DNA of 64,000 nucleotides from Thermodesulfobacteriota bacterium. Lineage in GTDB: Bacteria > Desulfobacterota_D > UBA1144 > Nemesobacterales > Nemesobacteraceae. A model generated the notes under the pieces. The model was not told the DNA's origin and searched no databases. It saw nothing but the letters and a program-made list of their open reading frames with translations. Made by a program: the position numbers and the translations under genes. The first letter of the stretch is position 1; each line of letters starts with the position of its first letter. The stretch covers positions 928,001 to 992,000 of the forward strand of contig OZ241855.1 of assembly GCA_965202785.1 (NCBI GenBank). The letters are read 5' to 3'. Positions 28,435 through 37,060 of the stretch are shown piece by piece.

Positions 28435-29745
28435 CTAATTCAGATATTGTCCTCTAAGCGAATTCGCAAGTCCTTCAGTTATCCTTACGTCCACCATTTT
28501 TCCGATAAGCTCTTTTTCTCCGGGGAAATTCACTATCCTGTTATGCTCGGTTCTCCCGGAAAGCCACGAGGAGTCGTTTCTGCTCGCATCCTCAACCAGC
28601 ACCTGCTCGAATTTGCCTATTCTCCGCGCGTTCTTCAAAAGAGTAATTGCCCGCTGGCATTCCTGAAGGCGCGTGAGCCTCTGGCCTGCAGTCGAATCTT
28701 CCACCCTTTCTCCAGATCTCCAAAGATCCTCCCCCACCGTTCCGGGGCGTGGTGAGTATTTAAACGAAAAGGAACTGTCAAACCCCACTTTCTCGACGAG
28801 GCTCATCGTCTCCTCAAAGTCATCTTCTGTTTCCCCGGGGAACCCTACTATTATATCAGAGGACACGGCTATGTCCGGCATGGCGTCCCTGAGCCTGTTA
28901 ACTGAATCTATGTACCAGTTCCTTGTGTAGGTCCTGTTCATGAGCCTCAGCACCTTGTCAGAGCCCGACTGCACGGGCAGATGAATGTGACGGCATACCT
29001 TGGGCACGTCTGCCATTGCCTCCACCATTTTTTTCGTTATGTCTCTCGGATAAGAGGTCGTGAACCTTATTCTCTCAAGACCGTCAAGCTCCCCGAGCAC
29101 CCGAAGCAGGTCCCCGAACTTAAGCCCGCCGAGCTTCCACGAATTCACCGTCTGTCCTATGAGGGTTATTTCTTTCACTCCCTTTGCGATAAGGTAGCGC
29201 GCTTCGGCGATTATGTCCTCGAGGGGCCTGTTAACCTCGGAGCCCCTTACCGTGGGCACTATGCAGTAAGCGCACTTTTTATTGCATCCCTGCTGAATGG
29301 AGACAAACGCCGTGGGTTTTCCCTCCTGGTGGTAGGGAAGGACATCGAAGGGTTCCTGAACGTCAAAGGACGTTTCGACGGGCCTTGATTTCTTTTCCTT
29401 TATCTCTTCTATAAGCCGCGGAAGTTCCGGAATCGCGCGGGGTCCGAGCACGAAATCAAGATGCGGCATTCTGCGGATGAGATCCTCTCCGTAGAGCTGC
29501 GCCACGCACCCTGACACCCCGACTATAAGCTCCGGGTTCTTTGCCTTGAGGTGCTTGAAGCGCCCGAGGCTGCTGAGGGCCTTCTGGTCGGCCTTTTCCC
29601 TTATGGCGCACGTGTTTACGATGACTATGTCGGCCTCTTTGGGGTTTTCGGTGATACTGGCGCCGAGGGCGTTCTGTATCCTGTCCGAGTCATACTCGTT
29701 CATCTGGCAACCGTAGGTTTCAAGGTAAAGGGTATTGGTCTTCAT
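28435..29745 (-). CDS. miaB: tRNA-2-methylthio-N6-dimethylallyladenosine synthase
   Basis: TYGCQMNEYDS, NTCAIRE, CNKKCAYC (radical SAM), C-terminal TRAM domain. Confidence 0.96.
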   Translation of the reverse strand: MKTNTLYLETYGCQMNEYDSDRIQNALGASITENPKEADIVIVNTCAIREKADQKALSSLGRFKHLKAKNPELIVGVSGCVAQLYGEDLIRRMPHLDFVLGPRAIPELPRLIEEIKEKKSRPVETSFDVQEPFDVLPYHQEGKPTAFVSIQQGCNKKCAYCIVPTVRGSEVNRPLEDIIAEARYLIAKGVKEITLIGQTVNSWKLGGLKFGDLLRVLGELDGLERIRFTTSYPRDITKKMVEAMADVPKVCRHIHLPVQSGSDKVLRLMNRTYTRNWYIDSVNRLRDAMPDIAVSSDIIVGFPGETEDDFEETMSLVEKVGFDSSFSFKYSPRPGTVGEDLWRSGERVEDSTAGQRLTRLQECQRAITLLKNARRIGKFEQVLVEDASRNDSSWLSGRTEHNRIVNFPGEKELIGKMVDVRITEGLANSLRGQYLN

Positions 29746-30002
29746 GGTTAAAGGAAATCCTAACGCATGGGAATATAAGTATCAAGAAAGGCGAGATGAG
29801 CTTTTCTAAAAGAAAATTCCAGCAGCGTCAGCCTCGATTGCTTTTACCCTGCCTGTTGCGGATATAACGAAAAGGATCAAATGGCAAAATCATTTTTTCA
29901 GTTACATCAATATCGGGAAAACGGTACTTACATATGAAGAGGTTATCGGCATATTTAACTTGTCTATAATTGCAAAGAAATTTATAGTTAGTTTTAATTT
30001 AT

Positions 30003-30031
30003 TTGACACTTTTTTGTAGATTTAGTAGATT
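30003..30031 (+). promoter_or_regulatory. Putative sigma70 promoter for the SSS operon
   Basis: TTGACA (30003-08), 17 nt, TAGATT (30026-31); GCTTCT-tc-AGAAGC palindrome immediately downstream. Confidence 0.5.
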
Positions 30032-30075
30032 GGCTTCTTCAGAAGCTAACGTTAATAGGCAGTTGTGTTTCAGAC

Positions 30076-30282
30076 ATGAATAATAGAAATCGATGGATAT
30101 TCTTTGGGGTGGCGGTATCTATTTTGGCAGCGGTGTCTTTTACTCCTTTGGTAATCCCCTATGGAGTGGCGGAGCCATATTTTCTGGGACTCCCTAGGAC
30201 TCTCTGGGCTGGGTTGGGAATATCACTTTCCATATATGTGCTGCTCGTTTTGGCAATGCTTACGTCCGGTGACCAAGGGTAG
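30076..30282 (+). CDS. Small two-TM membrane protein preceding the SSS transporter
   Basis: 68 aa, two hydrophobic helices linked by EPYFLGLP, as is typical of SSS partner proteins. Confidence 0.7.
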   Translation: MNNRNRWIFFGVAVSILAAVSFTPLVIPYGVAEPYFLGLPRTLWAGLGISLSIYVLLVLAMLTSGDQG

Positions 30283-30310
30283 CCTGCTTATATAAGAGGA
30301 AAAAATAGAC

Positions 30311-31750
30311 ATGAACAGGGGAATGGCATTTGTTGCAGTTGCACTGGTATATCTTGCAGTGTTGATATCCCTCGCTGTCATAGGAAACAGGAAAAACAAA
30401 GGGGATGAGTACCAATTCCTTCTTGCGGGCGGCAGTCTTGGAACTATAATTGGCTTCTTAACCTTTTTTGCTACCCTCTACAGTACATTCATATTGATAG
30501 GGATGCCCAATTTTTTCCGCGTACACGGCGTGGGAACGTGGATATTCCTTGGCGTTACCGATATGGCTTTAGCCGTTTTCACGCTTTGGCTCTCACTCAA
30601 ATTAAGGGAAAGGATCTCTTCAACGGATTTTCGGAGCATATCGGATCTGCTACGTGAAACTTTTAGTACCCGTGGAGTTTTCGTGTATGTTCTGGGCCTC
30701 GTCATATTTCTCGTTCCCTACATAGCAATTCAAATAAAAGGAGCGTCGGGCATTCTAGCCCACATTGTCCCCTATGAAGTTCCCCAGTGGGGTTGGGCTG
30801 TCATTATACTGTTTCTTATGTATCTGTACTCTTCCATAGGAGGGCTCAGAGGCATTATGTACTGTGATTCACTCCAGGGAGTTGTACTGTTTACCGTTAT
30901 ATGGATAATGGCATTTATTGTTTTGGATAACTTTGGAGGTATTGGAAAGTTAGTTCAGGCCGTGGCGGAGGAGGAACCTGCGCTGTTATCTACTCCCGGC
31001 CCCAAGGGGTTGTTGTCGGTTCAGTGGCTTATTGCGGGGTTTATATCAATTGTGCTGCTACCTGTGTCTCAACCTCAGTTGACCTCTAGGCTCAGCATCC
31101 TGAAGGGTTTGAACGAGAGACGCAAAATTCCGGTTTTGCACGCGTCTTTCACCTTCCTGCTTCTGATAGCAGGGCTTATAATTGGTTTATACGGTGCAAT
31201 TGCAATACCGGCTAAAACGGGTCCGGAGTTCATTGGCAAACTGATACTTGAACAGAATCCTGTTATAGGTGCCGTTGCCTTGATAGGCATTCTGGCGGCA
31301 GCCATGTCCACATCTGACTCTCAGTTTTTCGCTCTTGGATCTGAGATTAACAATGCTCTTGGCAGGTTTAGCAGGAAGCTAAAAGTATCTCCCATTGTTT
31401 TTGTGAAGCTGGTTATATTGGTATTTTGCATAGCCTCTTTCATTGTTGCTATGAAGAGTTCTCAGGGAATCATATCTCTTGCTGTGGCGGGATTCATGGG
31501 TACTGCCCTCATGGCACCTATGGTTCTTACCGCAATTCTATGCAAGGGAAGAAGCTTCAATTCCGTAATCCCGGTTGTTACAGTTATCAGCCTGATTGTG
31601 TTCTTACTGTCGCTTTTCGGGCTCGTACCGAAAATGATAATGGGTTTACGCATAGATCTGATACTGCTCGCCATCAATACGCTGGTTACGATTTCAGTGG
31701 TTTTAATCGAACTGAAAAAAACGAATAAAGCATTCCAGCAGATGTCTTGA
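30311..31750 (+). CDS. Sodium:solute symporter family protein
   Basis: FATLYSTF, YSSIGGLRG..YCDSLQG, AAAMSTSDSQ; many TM segments. Confidence 0.9.
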   Translation: MNRGMAFVAVALVYLAVLISLAVIGNRKNKGDEYQFLLAGGSLGTIIGFLTFFATLYSTFILIGMPNFFRVHGVGTWIFLGVTDMALAVFTLWLSLKLRERISSTDFRSISDLLRETFSTRGVFVYVLGLVIFLVPYIAIQIKGASGILAHIVPYEVPQWGWAVIILFLMYLYSSIGGLRGIMYCDSLQGVVLFTVIWIMAFIVLDNFGGIGKLVQAVAEEEPALLSTPGPKGLLSVQWLIAGFISIVLLPVSQPQLTSRLSILKGLNERRKIPVLHASFTFLLLIAGLIIGLYGAIAIPAKTGPEFIGKLILEQNPVIGAVALIGILAAAMSTSDSQFFALGSEINNALGRFSRKLKVSPIVFVKLVILVFCIASFIVAMKSSQGIISLAVAGFMGTALMAPMVLTAILCKGRSFNSVIPVVTVISLIVFLLSLFGLVPKMIMGLRIDLILLAINTLVTISVVLIELKKTNKAFQQMS

Positions 31751-31952
31751 GGCCGTGGATTATTAAAGGGCTGTCCCGCCTGAATTCCTCCTTTCAATGC
31801 GGACCTCCAGCAATTTTCACGCTGGCTCAGTACTGTTTGTATAGCTTTATAATCTGAAAAGTATTCTCAAAATCATTTAAAATATACTTGGATGATTGAG
31901 TTAAAAAGCTTCCTGGACTTGACATATAGCGGCTTTTGATTTTTTGCATCTC

Positions 31953-33764
31953 ATGCGCGAAAAAATTCTTGAGCTTTCCGAATCCTTTCCCTCCACAACC
32001 GGGGTTTACATAATGAAAGGGGCAGGCGGCACTCCTGTCTACATAGGCAAGGCCAAGAACCTCCGTACCCGGGTGATGTCCTATTTCCAGAGGGGAAGCG
32101 ACAGGGGACAGATACCGTATCTGGTAAGGGAAGTCGACTCGATCGACTATGTGGTGACCGAGGGGGAAAGCGAAGCCCTTTTCATCGAGAACTCCCTTAT
32201 AAAGCGTCACAAGCCGAAGTACAACATACGTCTTAAGGACGACAAGACGTTTTCGTCTCTTCGCCTCTCGGTGGGAGAGAGGTTTCCCAGGCTTTCGCGC
32301 ACGAGGAGAATACGGGACGACGGGGCGCTTTATTTCGGTCCGTTCGCCTCGGGCAAATTTCTTAAGAGCACGGTAAACCTAGTCCACAGGCTTTTTCCTC
32401 TCAGGGACTGCACCCAGAGCAAGTTCGAAAGGCACAGCACCCGCCCCTGTCTTAACTATTTTATGAAGCTTTGCTCGGGCCCCTGCGCGGGCAAGATCTC
32501 GGAGGAGGACTACGGGGAGCTCGTAAGCCAGGCCGCGTCGTTCCTTCGGGGCGAGAGAAAAAAACTGGTGAGAATGATCAGGGAGATGATGGAGAGAGCC
32601 TCAGAGGAGGGAAGGTATGAAAACGCCGCCTACTACAGGGATCAGCTTGTAAGCCTGAAGGAAAACGCCGAGATAGAGAAGGTTACTTCCTCGAGGTTCG
32701 AAGACATGGACATAGTGGGTTTTTACAGGGACTCCGAGCACTACGAATTTACCGTCCTGCTCTCGAGGGGCGGCTCGGTGGTCGACAAGCTCGATTTTTC
32801 CGTAAAAAGCCCCCACGGCGATGAGGCGGAATGCGTGAGGGAATTTCTCGGCAGATTTTATTTCTCTGATCACTATATTCCAAAGAGAGTTCTCCTGCCT
32901 CTTTCCATAAGGGACCGCGAGGGGTACTCGGAGTGGCTTACCGAGAAAAAGGGGAAGCGGGTTTACGTCGATACTCCCCGGAGGGGACCTAAGAGCGAGC
33001 TCGTCCGCTTCGCGATGAAAAACGCGCGGGAGAGTTTTGCGAGAAAAGCCGAGGAAAAGGCCAAGCAAGGCACACTTCTTCGAGGTATAAGAAAGTCGGC
33101 CGGGATAAAACGGGTTCCTTATGCCATAGAGTGCTTCGACATATCGAACATTCAGGGGCAGCAGACGGTTGCTTCGCTCGTCAGGTTCCGAAACGCGAGG
33201 CCTGAGCGGGACAGGTACAGAAGGTACAGGATCACGGCCACTTCGGGCCAGAATGATTTCCGGTCGATGTACGAGGTAGTCTACAGGAGGGCTCTTCGGG
33301 TAGGAGATGATAACTGGGATCTTCCGGATCTCATGCTTATAGACGGAGGGAAGGGACAGCTGAATGCCGCCTACGCGGCGCTTCGGGACTGCAGTGTGGA
33401 AAACGAGGTCGATCTCGTCTCGATAGCGAAAACCGAGGGCCGGGGCGGGATCGACAGGATTTACGTGCACGGAAAGGGCGAACCTTGCGATTTTTCGTCA
33501 AACAAAAAGGGCGTTTACTTCCTGATGAGGGTAAGGGACGAGGCGCACCGCTTCGCGATCACCTATCACAGGGAATTAAGGAAAGGCAAGACTCTGGCTT
33601 CGCAGATGGACGGCGTTCCGGGCATAGGAAAAAAGAGAAAACTCCTGCTTCTTAATCACTTCGGAAGCGTGGAGAAGATAAAAGGGGCCACCACCGAGGA
33701 ACTTGCCTCCATAAAGGGCATGACGAAACAGGCCGCGCGCAACGTAAAGGAGTTTCTGCGCTAA
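31953..33764 (+). CDS. uvrC: Excinuclease ABC subunit C
   Basis: GVY..YIGKAKNLR (GIY-YIG), IECFDISN, IDGGKGQL, RDEAHRFAI, HhH. Confidence 0.97.
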   Translation: MREKILELSESFPSTTGVYIMKGAGGTPVYIGKAKNLRTRVMSYFQRGSDRGQIPYLVREVDSIDYVVTEGESEALFIENSLIKRHKPKYNIRLKDDKTFSSLRLSVGERFPRLSRTRRIRDDGALYFGPFASGKFLKSTVNLVHRLFPLRDCTQSKFERHSTRPCLNYFMKLCSGPCAGKISEEDYGELVSQAASFLRGERKKLVRMIREMMERASEEGRYENAAYYRDQLVSLKENAEIEKVTSSRFEDMDIVGFYRDSEHYEFTVLLSRGGSVVDKLDFSVKSPHGDEAECVREFLGRFYFSDHYIPKRVLLPLSIRDREGYSEWLTEKKGKRVYVDTPRRGPKSELVRFAMKNARESFARKAEEKAKQGTLLRGIRKSAGIKRVPYAIECFDISNIQGQQTVASLVRFRNARPERDRYRRYRITATSGQNDFRSMYEVVYRRALRVGDDNWDLPDLMLIDGGKGQLNAAYAALRDCSVENEVDLVSIAKTEGRGGIDRIYVHGKGEPCDFSSNKKGVYFLMRVRDEAHRFAITYHRELRKGKTLASQMDGVPGIGKKRKLLLLNHFGSVEKIKGATTEELASIKGMTKQAARNVKEFLR

Positions 33765-33824
33765 CCGGACGACGAATTCATCTTCTTTCTGCTAAACGAA
33801 AGTGCTGCCGTTTTAAGATGCGAG

Positions 33825-34730
33825 CTAATCAAGAAGACAGAATTCAAGTATGGCCTTTCCCGCGTGAAGCTTGTTCTCAGCCTGAGTGAAGGCGATGCAG
33901 CTGGAATTGTCCATTACTCCTGCGGTTATCTCTTCTCCCCTGTGGGCCGGAAGACAGTGCATTATCAAGGGCTCTTTGCGACAGAAGGAAAGAAGTTTCT
34001 CGTTTACCTGAAAAGGCTTGAAAATCTGGGTGCCTTTTCCCTCTTCACCCATGCTTACCCAGACGTCGGTGTAGATCACGTCGGCTTCCCTTACCGCGGA
34101 GGCGGGGTCGTAGGTGACTTCAATTTCCGAGTTTCCTTGCTCTGAGGCCTCTTCCATAATCGTCGGGTTAGGCTCATGTCCCGGGGGAACCGCAAGCGAA
34201 AGGTCAAAGCCCATTATCGCGGAGGCAGCCACGAAGGAATTGGCTATATTGTTTCCGTCGCCGAGAAAAGCAAGCTTGAACTTCTCGGGATTTATTCCCT
34301 GCTCCGAGATTGAAAAAAGATCGGAGATTATCTGCGTTGGATGTTCAAGGTCGGTAAGGGCGTTTATCACGGGGACTGTCGAGTTCTCCGCGAGCTCGAG
34401 GGCTTTTTCCTGTCCGTAGGTTCTTATTATTATCCCGTCAAGATAAGAGGAGAGGATCTTCGCCGTGTCGGCTATGGTTTCCCCTCTTCCGAGCTGGGTA
34501 TCTGCCGGATTCATGTAAATCCCCTGGGCGCCCAGGTCGAAAAGGCCCGCTTCGAAGGAAAGTCTTGTCCTGGTCGACTGTTTTTCAAAAAGAAGACCCA
34601 CCGACATGCCCGCGAGACTTCTTGGGCTCACGCCCTGTTTTTTCAGTTCCTTTAGTTCACCAGAGCGACGGATTATTTCCCTGATCTCGTTTTTTTCAAG
34701 GTTTGAGACGGCAAGAAGACTCCTACCCAC
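33825..34730 (-). CDS. argF: Ornithine carbamoyltransferase
   Basis: STRTR, HPTQ, DVWVSMG, HCLPAHRGEE. Confidence 0.96.
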   Translation of the reverse strand: MGRSLLAVSNLEKNEIREIIRRSGELKELKKQGVSPRSLAGMSVGLLFEKQSTRTRLSFEAGLFDLGAQGIYMNPADTQLGRGETIADTAKILSSYLDGIIIRTYGQEKALELAENSTVPVINALTDLEHPTQIISDLFSISEQGINPEKFKLAFLGDGNNIANSFVAASAIMGFDLSLAVPPGHEPNPTIMEEASEQGNSEIEVTYDPASAVREADVIYTDVWVSMGEEGKGTQIFKPFQVNEKLLSFCRKEPLIMHCLPAHRGEEITAGVMDNSSCIAFTQAENKLHAGKAILEFCLLD

Positions 34731-35931
34731 TAGAAACTACCTCCTCGATGGATTTCATTATGACGGCGACGGCAAAGTCAATCTCTTCCTCGTTCGTGGT
34801 AAGCGGAGGAAGAATCCGAAACACACGCTCGACGGTAAGTATAACTAGAAGCCCGTTTTTAACTGAGACCGAAAAACAGTCCCGTGCGAAGGTCGTGTCT
34901 GAAAACTCAACCCCGATTATAAGCCCCTTTCCCCTTACCTCTCTTATATGCTCGGAATATTTTTTCCTGACATCTTCAAGCTTGCCGAGAAAATAGTCTC
35001 CGAGCTCCCGCGCTCTTTCGACTAGGTTTTCCTGAAGTATCGTTTCCATTGCTGCGCAGGCTGCTCCCGCGGCCAGTGGATTTCCGCCGAAAGTGCTTCC
35101 GTGCGCTCCGGGGGTGAAGTGCTTCGCCACATCCTCCGTGGCCAGAACCGCTCCGCACGGCACTCCTCCGCCGAGAGCCTTTGCGAGCGCCACTATATCG
35201 GGCCTTATGTCCTCGTGTTCATACGCAAACAGTTTTCCTGTCCTTCCCATCCCGACTTGGATCTCATCAAGTATGAGCAGCATGTTGCTTTTCCCGCAGA
35301 TTTCCCTTACCTGCCTTAGGTATCCCGGGGGCGGAACGATGACTCCGTTTTCTCCCTGCACCGGCTCGAGAATGACCGCGCAGGGGTTTGTCTCGGCGGC
35401 TAGGCGGGTAATCGCGTCGGGATCAGCGTAGGGAGCGAAGTGGAATCCCTCAAGGAAAGGGGAAAACCCCTCCCTGTATTTTTCCGATTCCGTGGCGCTG
35501 AGCGCCCCGAAAGTCCTTCCGTGAAAAGCTCCTTCGGTTGAAATGATCGCGAATCTTCCGCCGTTTTGCGCTCCCCATCTCCTGGCGAGCTTTATCGAGC
35601 CTTCAACTGCTTCGGTTCCGCTGTTACAGAAAAACACCCTGTCCGCAAACGAGTTTGAAACGAGCATCTCGGAGAGTGCGCTCTGGTTCTCTATGTTAAA
35701 GAGGTTTGAGGTGTGGATCAGAGTGGCGGCCTGGGATGTTATGGCGTCCGTGATTCTGGGGTGACAGTGCCCGAGGTTGTTAACGGCTATCCCGGTCGTG
35801 TAGTCAAGATACTTTTTCCCCTCCGTATCCCAGAGCCACGAACCGCTTCCCTTCCGCATCGTTATGGGAAGACGGCTGTAGGTCTCCATCAGGTATTTTC
35901 CCCGCGGGTCTTCCATTTTCCCTTGCCTCAA
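34723..35931 (-). CDS. argD: Acetylornithine aminotransferase
   Basis: FCNSGTEA, FHGRT, EPVQGENG, DEIQVGMGRTG, AKALGGG, HGSTFGGNP. Confidence 0.95.
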   Translation of the reverse strand: MRQGKMEDPRGKYLMETYSRLPITMRKGSGSWLWDTEGKKYLDYTTGIAVNNLGHCHPRITDAITSQAATLIHTSNLFNIENQSALSEMLVSNSFADRVFFCNSGTEAVEGSIKLARRWGAQNGGRFAIISTEGAFHGRTFGALSATESEKYREGFSPFLEGFHFAPYADPDAITRLAAETNPCAVILEPVQGENGVIVPPPGYLRQVREICGKSNMLLILDEIQVGMGRTGKLFAYEHEDIRPDIVALAKALGGGVPCGAVLATEDVAKHFTPGAHGSTFGGNPLAAGAACAAMETILQENLVERARELGDYFLGKLEDVRKKYSEHIREVRGKGLIIGVEFSDTTFARDCFSVSVKNGLLVILTVERVFRILPPLTTNEEEIDFAVAVIMKSIEEVVSSG

Positions 35932-36809
35932 AGAGTTATCTCCGTCCCTATTCCCAGATCGGTAAGAAGCTCGAGTATGAGAGCCCTTTTTACTCCCCCG
36001 TTTATTATGTGCACCTTGCTGACCCCTTCTTCCAGAGCCTCAAGCGCGCACATTACCTTGGGGATCATTCCGCTGTTTATCGTCCCGTTCCTGATAAGTT
36101 TCTCGGCCTGCTTTTTAGTCACGGAGGATATGAGCTTTCCTTTCTTGTCCAGGATGCCGTCAACATTGGTCAGCAGTATGAGCTTTGTGGCGCGAAGCGC
36201 TCCCGCTATCTTCCCCGCCACGTGGTCTGCGTTTATATTGTAGGTGGTTCCGTCCTCCCCGCACCCTATGGGAGCTATAATCGGAATGATATTTTCGCCT
36301 TCGAGCGTCCTGATCACCTCGGGATTTATTTCGTGAACTTCGCCCACATAGCCGAGGTCCGCGTTCTCGGGAATATCTATACCATGTCCGGCGGCGAATT
36401 TTTGAAGGTCGAACTTTTTAGCCTTTATAAGCTTTCCTTCCTTGCCCGAGAGCCCCACCGTTCCCATCTGGTGGCGGTTTATCGACGTTACGATCTGCTG
36501 GTTTATCTTTCCGACAAGCACCATCTCGACCACTTCCATTACCTCTCTGCTGGTAACGCGGAGTCCTGCTATGAAGTCGGATTTTATTCCCAGAGTGTCG
36601 AGATGCTCCTGGATCTGGGGTCCTCCTCCGTGCACTACTACAGGTTTTATCCCGACGTACTTCATCAGTGTGAGGTCGCGCACGAAATTCGAAAGATCCG
36701 CCCTGGCTATGCTTCCGCCGTACTTGACCACGACGGTTTTGCCGTGAAACGCCTCTATGTAGGGGAGGGCCTCGACCAGTATTTCCGCCCTTTGGGTTGA
36801 ACTGTTCAT
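35928..36809 (-). CDS. argB: Acetylglutamate kinase
   Basis: VKYGG, VHGGGP, GLRVT, NINAD, GMIPKV; start at ATG 36809 behind AGGAG, with TTGTAA-16-TATAAT further upstream. Confidence 0.95.
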   Translation of the reverse strand: MNSSTQRAEILVEALPYIEAFHGKTVVVKYGGSIARADLSNFVRDLTLMKYVGIKPVVVHGGGPQIQEHLDTLGIKSDFIAGLRVTSREVMEVVEMVLVGKINQQIVTSINRHQMGTVGLSGKEGKLIKAKKFDLQKFAAGHGIDIPENADLGYVGEVHEINPEVIRTLEGENIIPIIAPIGCGEDGTTYNINADHVAGKIAGALRATKLILLTNVDGILDKKGKLISSVTKKQAEKLIRNGTINSGMIPKVMCALEALEEGVSKVHIINGGVKRALILELLTDLGIGTEITL

Positions 36810-37060
36810 GAAAAACTCCTTTCTGCGAAAAAAAACATTATATAGCAACCGGGGTTTTTATTACAACACCCGGGGATAATCATATATGAGAATTCGGGTT
36901 TCGGGGCCGAAAAGAAGACAGCAGTACCCGGGATTGAAGAATCTCCTAAAGACGCAAGAACGTCTCAGGTGTGGAGAAGGGATTTCCGCCTGGGAATTCT
37001 CGTTTCACCCACCGCTACTGCGGCCACTCATAATCGCCCCAGGGCGCAATTGCCGGTGCG

